Positions 9,428-19,151 are shown, counted from the first letter of the stretch. The stretch is DNA of 64,000 nucleotides from Lysobacterales bacterium (GCA_022844165.1 JALHMH010000021.1:1-64000), one strand, 5' to 3'. Notes: generated by a model not told the origin, from the sequence alone. Program-made: numbers and translations.

Positions 9428-10579
9428 TTATCCTTGCCGCTCGATCAGCTGCCTGGCAATGATGATTCTCTGAATCTCGTTGGTGCCCTCGCCGATACAC
9501 ATCAGCATTGCATCTCGGTAATAGCGCTCGATCTCGTATTCCACCGAATAGCTATAGCCGCCGAAGATGCGCATGGCTTCTTCGGCGCAGAACACGCCGG
9601 TTTCAGTGGCGAAGTACTTAGCCATACTGGCCTCAAGGTCGCAGCGCTCGCCGCTATCGTACTTGCGGGAGGCACTGTCGATGAGCAGTTTGCTGGCTTC
9701 CACGCGACTCGCCATCTCCGCGAGTTTGAGCTGTATCGCCTGGTGCTCGCAGATCGGTTTGCCGAAGGCCTGGCGGGTCTGCGAATACGCCAGCGCCAGC
9801 TTCAGCGCGCCCTCGCCAATGCCACAGCCGCGCGCGGCCACGTTGATGCGACCCAGTTCCAGGCCTCCGGCGGTCTGATAAAAGCCCTGTCCTTCGACCC
9901 CACCCACTAAGTTCGCCGCCGAGATTCGGTAGTCCTGGAACGCCAGCTCGCACGAATCGATGGCGCGATAGCCCATCTTCTTGAGCTTGCCAGCGACGAC
10001 AAATCCCTCTCCCTTTTCCGCAATGAAGAGGCTCATGCCCTTGTGCCGCGGCTTGGCCTCGGGATCGGTTTTGACCAGGAGCAACACCATGTGGCCGTAC
10101 AGCGAATTGGTAATCCAGGTCTTGCTGCCGTTGATGATGTAGTCGTCGCCGTCGCGTTTGGCGACAGTACGAAGCGCTTGCAAATCCGAACCTGCGTTCG
10201 GCTCGGTCAACGCAATGCCGCCGCGCTTCTCGCCGGTGGCCATCAGCGGCAAGTACTTCTGTTTCTGCTCTTCGGTGCCGCAGCGCTCGATGGCACTGGC
10301 CATGATCAAGTGCGAGTTAAAAATGCCCACTGGCGCCATCCACGCGCCTGCTACTCGGATCACGATCTTCGCGTAGGTTGTCGCGGGCAAGCCTAGCCCA
10401 CCGTATTCGGGCGAAATCGTCGCACCGAACAAGCCGAGATCTTTCATTTGCTCGACCAGCGCGTGAGGATATTTGTCTTCCTGATCATGCTCACGCGCGA
10501 TCGGTTTCACCTCGCGCTCAATCCAACGATCGATGTTGTCGAGCAGCGCGCGTTCGTCGTCTTGAGTCCAGGTGGTCAT
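9428..10579 (-). CDS. Acyl-CoA dehydrogenase
   Basis: LTEPNAGSD, NGSKTWITN, RQAFGKPI, GGYSYSVEYEIERYYRD..IGEGTNEIQ. Confidence 0.95.
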   Translation of the reverse strand: MTTWTQDDERALLDNIDRWIEREVKPIAREHDQEDKYPHALVEQMKDLGLFGATISPEYGGLGLPATTYAKIVIRVAGAWMAPVGIFNSHLIMASAIERCGTEEQKQKYLPLMATGEKRGGIALTEPNAGSDLQALRTVAKRDGDDYIINGSKTWITNSLYGHMVLLLVKTDPEAKPRHKGMSLFIAEKGEGFVVAGKLKKMGYRAIDSCELAFQDYRISAANLVGGVEGQGFYQTAGGLELGRINVAARGCGIGEGALKLALAYSQTRQAFGKPICEHQAIQLKLAEMASRVEASKLLIDSASRKYDSGERCDLEASMAKYFATETGVFCAEEAMRIFGGYSYSVEYEIERYYRDAMLMCIGEGTNEIQRIIIARQLIERQG

Positions 10580-10659
10580 GATGGTTCTTGCTGGTGATAG
10601 GTGCTTGATTGTGAGTCAATGCGCTGTTTCGGGTTCTTCCGTACAACCTTGTGCGCGCC

Positions 10660-11175
10660 TCAATATCCCGCCTTCTCCTCCACCTCAAATCCACGCTTGG
10701 CAATCAACATGGAGCGATTAAAAACGCATACCTGCGTGCCATCTTGTTTCTTGCCCAACGTGCGCACAGTGACGATGCCGGCATTCGGGCGGCTCTGCGA
10801 TTCGCGTTTGTCCAGCACTTCGCTTTCAGCGTAGAGCGTGTCGCCAACAAACAACGGCGCGGTGAGTTTGATGTCGGTCCAGCCGAGATTTGCGATGGCC
10901 TTCTGGCTGACATCGGTGACGCTCATGCCGACCATCAGGGCCACGGTGAATGGCGAACAGACGATGCAGCGACCAAACTCGGAGTGTTTAGCGTATTCCT
11001 TATCGAAGTGCATCGGGTGCGTGTTCATGGTCAGCAGCGTGAACCAGGTGTTGTCGGTCTCGGTGATCGTCCGGCCCGGTCTGTGCTCGTAGATGTCACC
11101 GACCTGAAACTCCTCGAAGTAGCGCCCGAAAGTCTCGCGATATCGATTTGGTGCAATCTGTTTGGCGTTCTGCAT
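10660..11175 (-). CDS. MaoC-family (R)-specific enoyl-CoA hydratase/dehydratase
   Basis: GRYFEEFQVGDIYEHRPGRTITETDNTWFTLLTMNTHPMHFD hotdog motif; the upstream part of the listed ORF is an antisense/shadow extension. Confidence 0.88.
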   Translation of the reverse strand: MQNAKQIAPNRYRETFGRYFEEFQVGDIYEHRPGRTITETDNTWFTLLTMNTHPMHFDKEYAKHSEFGRCIVCSPFTVALMVGMSVTDVSQKAIANLGWTDIKLTAPLFVGDTLYAESEVLDKRESQSRPNAGIVTVRTLGKKQDGTQVCVFNRSMLIAKRGFEVEEKAGY

Positions 11176-11231
11176 GATCAATGTGCCTATGTGTGGTCCC
11201 TGGTGATGCAGGCACCGAGATGGAAAATGCG

Positions 11232-12050
11232 CTACAACCCAGCGCGGCGCAGCGTGCGCTCCGCTGCAAGTACGATGGGGCGATCGATCAGCTTGCCATC
11301 GACCTGAATCGCTGCGTGCGAGCTTGATTCGAAGGCGTTCAGCACGCGCCGCGCTCGATCGATCTCGGTATCGCTCGGCGACAATGCGTCTTGCACCGTC
11401 ATGACCTGGTTCGGGTGAATCGCGGCCTTGCTCGAAAACCCGAGCGCTGCAACGTGGCGAGTTTCTTGCGCCACAATGGTCTGGTCGTGGATTTCCAGGC
11501 ACGGTACATCCATGGCACCAATCCCAGCACGGGCAGCGGCCGCAGCCAGACGCGAACGGGCATACAACAACGATATCTCGTTCATGCCGCCGCCGAGCTC
11601 GGCCATGTAATCGGCGCCACCAAACATCAGCAGCGTAACGCGTTCGGCGGCTGCGATGTCGGTTGCTGCGTCTATGCCTTCCGCGGACTCGATCAGCGCA
11701 ATCAGCTCCGGGCATCGCGCGCCCAACACTTCACGCAGCAAGCGCGGATCGCTGGCGTTCGCGCATTTGGGGATCATCAGCAGTGTCGGCAGCGTTTCAC
11801 TCTCGAGCAACGCCAGCACATCGCGTAAGCCATCGGCACTGCGCGGGCTGTTGATACGCAGGACCCATTCGCAAGAACTCGGTGCACTGCGCAGGTAATC
11901 GATAGCTGCCGTGCGTGCGCTGGCTTTGTCGGCTGGCCCCACCGCGTCTTCAAGATCGATGCACACCATATCCGCACCGCTCGCCGCCGCTTTGGCAAAG
12001 CGCTCAGGGCGCGATCCAGGGACAAACAGCAGACAACGTCGCGCGCTCAC
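11232..12050 (-). CDS. CitE-family CoA-ester lyase
   Basis: LLFVPGSRPERF, IDLEDAV, LRIN, IPK, LIESAEG, GGADY, KAAIHPNQV, DGKLIDRP. Confidence 0.9.
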   Translation of the reverse strand: MSARRCLLFVPGSRPERFAKAAASGADMVCIDLEDAVGPADKASARTAAIDYLRSAPSSCEWVLRINSPRSADGLRDVLALLESETLPTLLMIPKCANASDPRLLREVLGARCPELIALIESAEGIDAATDIAAAERVTLLMFGGADYMAELGGGMNEISLLYARSRLAAAAARAGIGAMDVPCLEIHDQTIVAQETRHVAALGFSSKAAIHPNQVMTVQDALSPSDTEIDRARRVLNAFESSSHAAIQVDGKLIDRPIVLAAERTLRRAGL

Positions 12051-12913
12051 AACTCACCACCGTACGGCACACTGGCGATGAAGTGCTCAGCGATCTTCTG
12101 TCGTGTTGTGATCCACACGTCCGCCTTACTCGTCGCGTACTGCAGGAATTGCTCCAGCGCGTGGATTCGTCCCGGCCTGCCAATGATCCGTAGATGCAGC
12201 CCAAGGCTCATCATGCGCGGCTGTTCGGCGCCCTCGTCGTACAACACATCGAAGGTGTCGATCGCATATTGCAACCATGCATCTGGCGTCAGGCTTGGGC
12301 TCGTCCAGAATTTCATGTCGTTGGAGTCGAGCGCGTACGGCACGATCACAATGGGACGGCCATCCACAGTGTCCCAAAACGGAGCGTCGGCCGAGTAGTC
12401 GTCCATGTGGTAGACGAAGCCTTCTTCGGCCAGCAATCGCCGTGTGTGTTCGGTATGCAGGTAACGGCTGAGCCAGCCAACCGGGCGCACGCCGCAGGTT
12501 CGCGCAATACTCTCGACGCCCTTGCGAATGAACTCGCGCTCGGCAGCCTCATCGAGTTTGAACTGGTGAATCCAGCGCCAGCCGTGGCAACACGGTTCGT
12601 GACCGCCGCCGCGGATGTACTCGGCGATTTGCGGCGCGCGCTCCAGAGCCAAAGCCGCTGCAGTGAACGTGGCGGTGACGCCATACTCATCGAGCAAACG
12701 GGAAATGCGCGGAAAACCTTCGGTGATGCCGTAGCGGTAGTTCGACTCGTTGCCGTAGTTGCGGATCGGTAGCTTGACGGCGATGCCGAGTTCATCGACT
12801 GGCTCAGGGCTCTTGTCGCCATCCCGTAGGGATAGCTCGCTGCCCTCCTCCACGTTCACCACAATCGATAGCGCCAGGCGCTTACCTTTGGGCCATGCGT
12901 AGCTCGCCATCAA
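12047..12913 (-). CDS. Polysaccharide-deacetylase-fold hydrolase (PuuE-like)
   Basis: ALSIVVNVEEG, ESNYRYG, HEPCCHGWRW, RPVGW, PYALDSNDMKF, MMSLGLHLRIIGRPGR. Confidence 0.85.
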   Translation of the reverse strand: MMASYAWPKGKRLALSIVVNVEEGSELSLRDGDKSPEPVDELGIAVKLPIRNYGNESNYRYGITEGFPRISRLLDEYGVTATFTAAALALERAPQIAEYIRGGGHEPCCHGWRWIHQFKLDEAAEREFIRKGVESIARTCGVRPVGWLSRYLHTEHTRRLLAEEGFVYHMDDYSADAPFWDTVDGRPIVIVPYALDSNDMKFWTSPSLTPDAWLQYAIDTFDVLYDEGAEQPRMMSLGLHLRIIGRPGRIHALEQFLQYATSKADVWITTRQKIAEHFIASVPYGGEL

Positions 12914-13755
12914 TGATATTCCTCGCCACCAGACACATTCATCGCCTCGCCGGTGATGTAGGCTGCCTGGTTAGAACAGAGGTAAGCGCAGGCGTTAGCG
13001 GTATCGGTCACGAGCCCAGGCCGGCCGAGCGGAATGCGTCCGCGCATCGCCGCCATATACTGGTCAAGTGTCAGGCCGAGCGCTTTTGAGAAGTACTCGT
13101 TCTGCCATGCGCCCAAGCCAGTGGTCACGTGGTTCGGACAAATCGCATTGACGGTTATCTGGTGCTTACCCAGCTCGATCGCCGCGACTCGCGTCAGGCC
13201 GACAAGGCCATGTTTGCTGGCGCAATACGCGGCGGCGAACGGGAATCCGCTCTTGGCCGCTTGCGAGGCGATGTTCACAATGCGTCCGCCCTGCCCTTGC
13301 GCGATCAGCCGCTTCGCGACTGCTTGCGTCGCAGCGAACACGCCTCGCAGGTTGACGCCTAACACCGCGTCCCACTCGTCCATCGACAACTCGATGATCG
13401 GCTTCATCAAGTATCCAATGCCGGCGTTGTTGACCAGAATATCGACTCGCCCGAAATGCGCGGCTACGGCATCGACCACCGCTTCGATCTGCGCCGCGAG
13501 ACGCATATCGCAAGCGAATGCACGCGCATTCCCGCCACCAGTGACGATCTCGTCGACGACCGCTTGCATCTCCTCGCTTGCGCCGATTGCGCCGGCGGGA
13601 AAGTTCTCGCCCATCGGTTGACCCAGATCGATTATCGCTACTGCGCAACCTTCCACGGCGAGACGCGCAGCCATCGCCGCGCCCAATCCATGGCGCCGAC
13701 CTGCGCCAGTGACGATGGCGACTTTGCCGGCGAGTTCGGGATACATGGCGCTCAT
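12910..13755 (-). CDS. Short-chain dehydrogenase/reductase
   Basis: TGAGRRHGLG, NNAG, catalytic S and YCASK. Confidence 0.92.
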   Translation of the reverse strand: MSAMYPELAGKVAIVTGAGRRHGLGAAMAARLAVEGCAVAIIDLGQPMGENFPAGAIGASEEMQAVVDEIVTGGGNARAFACDMRLAAQIEAVVDAVAAHFGRVDILVNNAGIGYLMKPIIELSMDEWDAVLGVNLRGVFAATQAVAKRLIAQGQGGRIVNIASQAAKSGFPFAAAYCASKHGLVGLTRVAAIELGKHQITVNAICPNHVTTGLGAWQNEYFSKALGLTLDQYMAAMRGRIPLGRPGLVTDTANACAYLCSNQAAYITGEAMNVSGGEEYH

Positions 13756-14063
13756 GTCAGCGATTCGGACACGATGAAAATCGGCGCGTCAGCAAATGCT
13801 TGAAACTCGCTCGCAATCTTCTGCATCAGCGGCGTGCCGATATCGTCGAAGAGCGCGGGCAAGCTATGCAGATCGAGGATTTCTACATACTCATAGGGCG
13901 GCGTCGCTTCGCTGCCAAGTACACTTTGGCTCCTGAGAACGCGAAATCGATCGACAGAGGCCAGCGCATTGACCGTCGGCAAATCGACGGCTTTTGCCCA
14001 AGCCTCGTAGTCGTCGCGGCTGACACCGCTCTTCAAGTTGAACAGAACCACCAGAACGGTCAT
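13752..14063 (-). CDS. REDY-like protein HapK family
   Basis: 103 aa; VVLFNLK..YEAWAKAVDLPTVNALASVDRF..PPYEYVEI..EFQAFADAPIF. Confidence 0.75.
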   Translation of the reverse strand: MTVLVVLFNLKSGVSRDDYEAWAKAVDLPTVNALASVDRFRVLRSQSVLGSEATPPYEYVEILDLHSLPALFDDIGTPLMQKIASEFQAFADAPIFIVSESLT

Positions 14064-14109
14064 GCACGACTCCGTCGGGAAAATTTGTCCGGACAACTTT
14101 AGCGCATCC

Positions 14110-14276
14110 CCCGTGGGTCGCGCTATAGCGCGACGCTGTTTGCTGTTCCCTGTCGATGGGAAGAATTCGAGACTTTGCAACGCCAAGCCGTTTGGAGGAG
14201 CAGCAGCGTTGCTCCAACGGAGCCGTTCCGAGTCGGGAGGCAGATAAGAGCGTCGCGCTATAGCGCGACCCATGGG
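14110..14276. repeat. REP doublet (REPIN-like) with inverted 28-bp arms
   Basis: CCCGTGGGTCGCGCTATAGCGCGACGCT at 14110..14137 and its reverse complement (1 mismatch) at 14249..14276; each arm holds a perfect 18-bp palindrome. Confidence 0.88.
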
Positions 14277-14810
14277 TTACAACTGCAACTCGAACTCAAT
14301 CGCGATGTCGTGGCGAATGGTCTGGGCGTCTTCCCATTCGCCGCTGCCGACGCCGAAGTCGAGGCGATTGAGCTTGGCTTTGCCGATGATCGATTTGCCG
14401 TCTGCCGACACGGCAACCGCGATCGGCACCGCAACGGTCTTGCCCTTAAGGCTCAGTTCTCCAGGGCAAGTCAGTTCATCGATTGTGCCGTTGCAATTGC
14501 CGGTCGATGTCCACACGGCCTTTGGATGGGCAGTGACGTCAAAGAACTCAGGCCCACGCAAGGTATCGTCGCGATCGGCGTAGTCCGTGTCCAAACTGGC
14601 GACGTCGATTTCTGTTCTGAAGCGCGTTGCCAAAGGCGACGAAAGGTCGAGCGAAACGGTGCCGGAGAAAGACTTGAAAAATCCAGGCACTGGCTCACCG
14701 CTGTAGTCGCCAACGAACTTGAGCGTGCTGTTGGTGGCGTTGAAAGTCAGTTCAGCAGCAATGGCCGGAACCGCTGCAAACAGAAGGTATATCGCCAGGA
14801 CGCGCACCAT
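14277..14810 (-). CDS. YceI family periplasmic protein
   Basis: Signal peptide; IDVASLDT..RDDTLRGPEFFDV..HP, RLDFGVG. Confidence 0.88.
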   Translation of the reverse strand: MVRVLAIYLLFAAVPAIAAELTFNATNSTLKFVGDYSGEPVPGFFKSFSGTVSLDLSSPLATRFRTEIDVASLDTDYADRDDTLRGPEFFDVTAHPKAVWTSTGNCNGTIDELTCPGELSLKGKTVAVPIAVAVSADGKSIIGKAKLNRLDFGVGSGEWEDAQTIRHDIAIEFELQL

Positions 14811-15341
14811 CTACTCCTTTGCAATCCACATCCGAGAGAAGATCCCATCGCGGGCCAGCGCGTGTTTGATCGCTGCTGCAAAATGCAAAGCGATCAAGAG
14901 CATCAATAGCATTGCGAGGGTCTCATGCGTCTGTTGCCAAAACGCAAACGACGCTTTGTCGCGTACGATCAGCGCCGGAACCTTAAAGAGGCCGAACCAG
15001 GTCAGCGGAAATCCCGCCGCCGAGTTCTGCAACCAACCGGTGATGGGCATCGCCAACATCAGCAAATACAGCCCGATGTGCGACAACCTGGCAGCCCACA
15101 ACTGCCAACGCGGCAAGCTCGAGGGAAGCGAAGGCGCAGGGTGCCTCAGGCGCCAGCCGAAGCGGATCAACACGAGCAGAAGTACCGTCAGACCGATCCA
15201 CTTGTGCCAGGAGTACAAGCTGATTTTAGTCGGCGATACCTTGATCTCGGTCATCCAGGTACCGACGCCAAGCAGGCCGAGAATTAACAGGGCGATCGTC
15301 CAGTGCAGGACGATCGCGATCGTCGTGTACCGCCTGCCCAT
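14811..15341 (-). CDS. Cytochrome b561 (YceJ/CybB-like)
   Basis: LHWTIA, WHKWIG, SHIGLY..MPITGW, THE..LHFAAAIKH. Confidence 0.9.
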   Translation of the reverse strand: MGRRYTTIAIVLHWTIALLILGLLGVGTWMTEIKVSPTKISLYSWHKWIGLTVLLLVLIRFGWRLRHPAPSLPSSLPRWQLWAARLSHIGLYLLMLAMPITGWLQNSAAGFPLTWFGLFKVPALIVRDKASFAFWQQTHETLAMLLMLLIALHFAAAIKHALARDGIFSRMWIAKE

Positions 15342-15907
15342 TAGCCGGCGCTGGCTTCAATCTCGATGCGCAGACTGACCTCATCGCCAACATTCGGCAC
15401 GTACGCGTCCATACCAAATTCCGACCGTTTGAAGTTTGCAGTCGCGGAGAAACCCACTGCTGGTTTCTTGCTGAAAGGATGCTCGCCCGCCTTGTTGAGC
15501 CTGGCGTTCAGGGTCACGGGCTTCGTCACGCCCAGCAATGTCAAATTGCCCTCGATCGACATCGTATCGTTGCCAGTGCTGGTGACTTTGGTCGAAACGA
15601 AGCGAATATCGGGAAAAGCCGCCAGATTGAACCACTTGTCTGTACTGAGGTGTTCCTTCCACTTTGCGTCGCCAAAGTCCATGGAATTGGCGTCGATAGT
15701 GACATCGACCTTGCCGCTCGTGGGTTCGGCAACGTCAAGTGTCAGCGAGCCGTCTTTAATGAGAAACCGTGCGGTGCTGTTCGAGAAACCCAGGTGATTC
15801 ACGCTGGCGTGAATTTGTGAGTGAGCTTTATCGAACGCATAAGTCAGCGGCTCTGCAACAGCGGAAGTGCTGAGCAACACCATCGGAATCAGAGCAAATT
15901 TGCGCAT
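15341..15907 (-). CDS. YceI family periplasmic protein
   Basis: Signal peptide; DKAHS..NHLGFS, GNLTLLGVTKPV, KRSEFGM, IEIEA. Confidence 0.9.
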   Translation of the reverse strand: MRKFALIPMVLLSTSAVAEPLTYAFDKAHSQIHASVNHLGFSNSTARFLIKDGSLTLDVAEPTSGKVDVTIDANSMDFGDAKWKEHLSTDKWFNLAAFPDIRFVSTKVTSTGNDTMSIEGNLTLLGVTKPVTLNARLNKAGEHPFSKKPAVGFSATANFKRSEFGMDAYVPNVGDEVSLRIEIEASAG

Positions 15908-16055
15908 GACAACTCCTGGAAAAAAAGAATTAAGAATAGCTTGCACCGTAGAAGATCAAGACCACGCGAAGTAACCACGGCTGACCGCGCCAAACACTCA
16001 CTTTAGCGCGCTACACAGCATCGAACCTGAAGAAGCGCTCACAAGATGCGCACGA

Positions 16056-16502
16056 TCAAGTCAGGCTCACCACCAAAGCCGCCCTGTATTGCTTCCAACT
16101 GATCGGAATGACAAAAGCGCGGTCAGCCAGACTAAGCTTCTGACGGGCCGCCAAGCCTTGCAACACAGTCGGCACCGAGATCATAAATTCCTGGCCGAAC
16201 GCACGGCGAGCATTGCCGCTGATCGTATTGGCGACTTCCCCCACGATATCGGCCATCAGATCCGGGGATCGGTCGGTCTCACCCTGCTTGAGCAAAATAT
16301 GCGACAACATGGCGCTGGGGGCGGTGAAGTAGATACTGCCGCGACGCGCACCAGAGATACCGATGATGCCCGTAAAGTCGCTGACCACCACTTCTGCATG
16401 ATCGGCCAGGTAAGGCGTACCCACCTCAGTGCTCTTGTCGACGACGCGGTGAAAGTAATTCACCGTGCCATCGATCAACACCTGAATGTCCTTCTCGTCC
16501 AT
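16056..16502 (-). CDS. cheX: CheX-family phosphatase
   Basis: TGIIGISG, GEVANTISGN (ExxN catalytic motif), ISVPTV. Confidence 0.85.
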   Translation of the reverse strand: MDEKDIQVLIDGTVNYFHRVVDKSTEVGTPYLADHAEVVVSDFTGIIGISGARRGSIYFTAPSAMLSHILLKQGETDRSPDLMADIVGEVANTISGNARRAFGQEFMISVPTVLQGLAARQKLSLADRAFVIPISWKQYRAALVVSLT

Positions 16503-16566
16503 TTGGCCGATTTCCCTCGATGGTTAGAGCGGCACCCGTCACAGCAGTGCACTGTCGATGTTGAAC

Positions 16567-16929
16567 TCAGAGCCCTTTGATCAGCATTTGCAATGCATCC
16601 GTGAGCTGCTGATCGGTAAAAGGCTTGAGCAAGAAACCATGCGCACCGCGCTTTAGGGCTTCGATCGCTGTCGGCTTGTCCGAGATTGCCGAAACGATGA
16701 GGATGAGCGCTCCCGGATCGGTGCGCACCATCTCCGCAGTGGCGGCGATACCGTCCATCTCCGGCATGGTGATATCCAGGGTGACCACGCGCGGTCGCTC
16801 ACGTTTGAAGACCTCAATGGCCTCGCGACCGTTGGCCGCAGTCAGGATTTGCTGGAACTTCCGGTGGCCCACCGCCCGCTGGATACGGTTTCGAATCACC
16901 TGGCTATCGTCGACAATCAGAATTTTCAT
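16567..16929 (-). CDS. Single-domain response regulator (CheY-like)
   Basis: ILIVDDS, LDITMPEMDG, VSA, LKPF; 120 aa. Confidence 0.92.
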   Translation of the reverse strand: MKILIVDDSQVIRNRIQRAVGHRKFQQILTAANGREAIEVFKRERPRVVTLDITMPEMDGIAATAEMVRTDPGALILIVSAISDKPTAIEALKRGAHGFLLKPFTDQQLTDALQMLIKGL

Positions 16930-16935
16930 AAAGAG

Positions 16936-19026
16936 TCAGGCCGTCGCAGGAAGGCGCACTTTGAATTGGGTGTATTGCCCCGCCCCTGTCGACACACCGA
17001 CTTGACCGCCCAGACGTTTGATTCGATCTCTCACCAAGTCCAGGCCCACGCCCCGGCCAGCCGTATCGCCGGGCAGATCGGCCGTTGAGAACCCGGGCTC
17101 GAAGATCAAACCGGCAAGCTGCCGCGGCTGCAATTGCACAGCTTGCTCAGCAGTGACACGCCCCAGCTTCACCGCTCGTTGGCGAATGCGCTCAAAGTCG
17201 ATACCGCGGCCGTCGTCCCGGAAACTAAATTCATAGGTGCCATCGCTGCCGCGCGAGAACTGCGCATGCAACTGACCGCTTTCAGTCTTTCCTGCCTTGT
17301 TACGTTCGTCAGGAGACTCGATACCATGGGCCACGGCGTTGCGCACCAGTTGCAGCAAAATATCAAGCAGCGGCTGGCGCAAGTGGTCCGGGACCATGGC
17401 ATCGTCCAGTCCGTGCATGTCGATACGGGCTCGCTTACCAAGTGCCTGCGCCGCGCGCTGCGTGAGGTCGGCCGCCATTTCCCAGGGGCTCTGACGTTGC
17501 GGAGCCTCAGGTAGCGGCGCGTTTCGATCCACCGGTTTAGGGGCCTGCGATTTCGACAACTCGCTCAAACGTCGAGTGACCTTGCGAACGGCGTCGAACT
17601 GGGCGAACAGGTCCTCCAGCCGAACGGTCACTGCCAGGAAGTCGTTCCCCGTCAATTCAGCTTCCCGAGTGCGTAAGTCCGCCAATTCGCGTTCTACGGC
17701 CTGCGCGCGCTGCACAATGACACCCAGATCGAGCGCCGACGCTTCACCCTTGAGTGCGTGGATGGGCCGAAAGACCTGATTGATCAATTGATGGAACTCG
17801 TTTTGCGAACCCGCCTGATGTTTGAGCACCTCGTTGGCTTCGCGAAGCAATCGTTCCCAGCGTTCCAGGCGGACTTCGAGAAGCCCTTGTTCGACGTGGG
17901 TCAGATTCAAGAACAGATCCAATAGCCGCTCCGCCTGTTGATCGCTTTGCGCCTCGATTTGTTCCAACTTGCGCGAGAGCAGTACACGGTCGGTCACGTC
18001 GGTAACGGTGACAAGCAAATGCGCCAACTTGCCTCTCTCCAAAACACGCCTGAACGCAAATCCCAGCCAGCGTCGTTCGTTGCGGCCGGATTCGCCAGCC
18101 ACCTGGACCTCAACTTCATCCAGTGGATTCAGCGATGCCACGAGGTGTTCGTTGACGCGATCGCCCAGTAAGAGGCCAACATAATCCCGAGCGGTGACCA
18201 AGGTCTCGTTTGCGACCATGCCCGACATCAACGAGAAGAACTCAGCCCCTGCCAGATCGCTGCGTTGCAGGGTTTTTGCCAGGTGTGCGGAATGTTGTGC
18301 GCCGAGTTTGAGATCTCGATCCAGCAGGAACAAACCAGCGGGTACGGTCTGGAGAATTTCGTCGGTTTCCTTCTGCGCCGCGCGGACCTTCTTCAGCTGT
18401 CGCGAATACAAAAACACCAGAAAGAAGAAAAAGAACACGGCAACCGCAGCACCGACGGTCTGCAGAACTCGAATTCGCCCGGCAGTCGCAAAATTGTCGT
18501 TACTCACTTCGCCAACAAAGCGTGACGCCAAACCGGATAGAGCGGGTTCGGCGGCTCGCGCGTACTCGAGCGCCTTTTGCAGCTGCAAGTCATCCGGCGC
18601 GCGATGCGTATCAACGAGCGGGCTGATCCGACCAGCAAACTTCTGCCATTGCCCATCCAATTGCTCGAACGTCGCCTTGGCCGCCACCGGCACGGCATCG
18701 CGTGCCAGGGCGATCGTGACAACAGGGCTGAACTTGACATCGCCGCCCTCACGCAGTGCATCCATCATCTGGTTCATTGCATCGAAGTCGCGTTTTAACT
18801 CGGCGCGCGCCGAGTCGCGCGCCGCTCCAGATGCCGCACTGACCTCCAGAAGCCAGCGCATCACGCGCTGAATTTCCAATCGCTGCCGACCGGCCACCTG
18901 GACAGTCAACCCGTTACGCTCAACTTGCGCACCGGTCCGATATCCTGCGTATCCAAGTCCACCACTGATCAGCAAAAAAGCCAGGATCAGCTGAATTTCC
19001 GGGCCAAACCAACGTGGCAGCTTCAC
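16936..19026 (-). CDS. Membrane-anchored CheA-like histidine kinase (PilJ/NarX-type sensor, PAS-like, Hpt, HATPase; no CheW domain)
   Basis: TM1, AGRQR box, TM2, Hpt HALKG, VRNAVAHGIE, DDGRG, IFEPGFST, GRGVGL; GTG start chosen from a GGGGGA RBS. Confidence 0.85.
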   Translation of the reverse strand: MKLPRWFGPEIQLILAFLLISGGLGYAGYRTGAQVERNGLTVQVAGRQRLEIQRVMRWLLEVSAASGAARDSARAELKRDFDAMNQMMDALREGGDVKFSPVVTIALARDAVPVAAKATFEQLDGQWQKFAGRISPLVDTHRAPDDLQLQKALEYARAAEPALSGLASRFVGEVSNDNFATAGRIRVLQTVGAAVAVFFFFFLVFLYSRQLKKVRAAQKETDEILQTVPAGLFLLDRDLKLGAQHSAHLAKTLQRSDLAGAEFFSLMSGMVANETLVTARDYVGLLLGDRVNEHLVASLNPLDEVEVQVAGESGRNERRWLGFAFRRVLERGKLAHLLVTVTDVTDRVLLSRKLEQIEAQSDQQAERLLDLFLNLTHVEQGLLEVRLERWERLLREANEVLKHQAGSQNEFHQLINQVFRPIHALKGEASALDLGVIVQRAQAVERELADLRTREAELTGNDFLAVTVRLEDLFAQFDAVRKVTRRLSELSKSQAPKPVDRNAPLPEAPQRQSPWEMAADLTQRAAQALGKRARIDMHGLDDAMVPDHLRQPLLDILLQLVRNAVAHGIESPDERNKAGKTESGQLHAQFSRGSDGTYEFSFRDDGRGIDFERIRQRAVKLGRVTAEQAVQLQPRQLAGLIFEPGFSTADLPGDTAGRGVGLDLVRDRIKRLGGQVGVSTGAGQYTQFKVRLPATA

Positions 19027-19151
19027 AAATCCCCCTAAGGTTGCGCTGAAGAGCGCAACAGTTTGCCCATCAAAATATCGCACTGCGTCACACAATGAAC
19101 GCAAGGTGGCTGCTGGTTGTGTGATCGCCGTCACGGCGCGAAATGCCGTCT

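Noticed and set aside
13752-14063. Prodigiosin biosynthesis suggested by the HapK-like gene
   Set aside because: No PKS, PCP, condensing enzyme or other pig/hap/red homologs; the neighbours are catabolic
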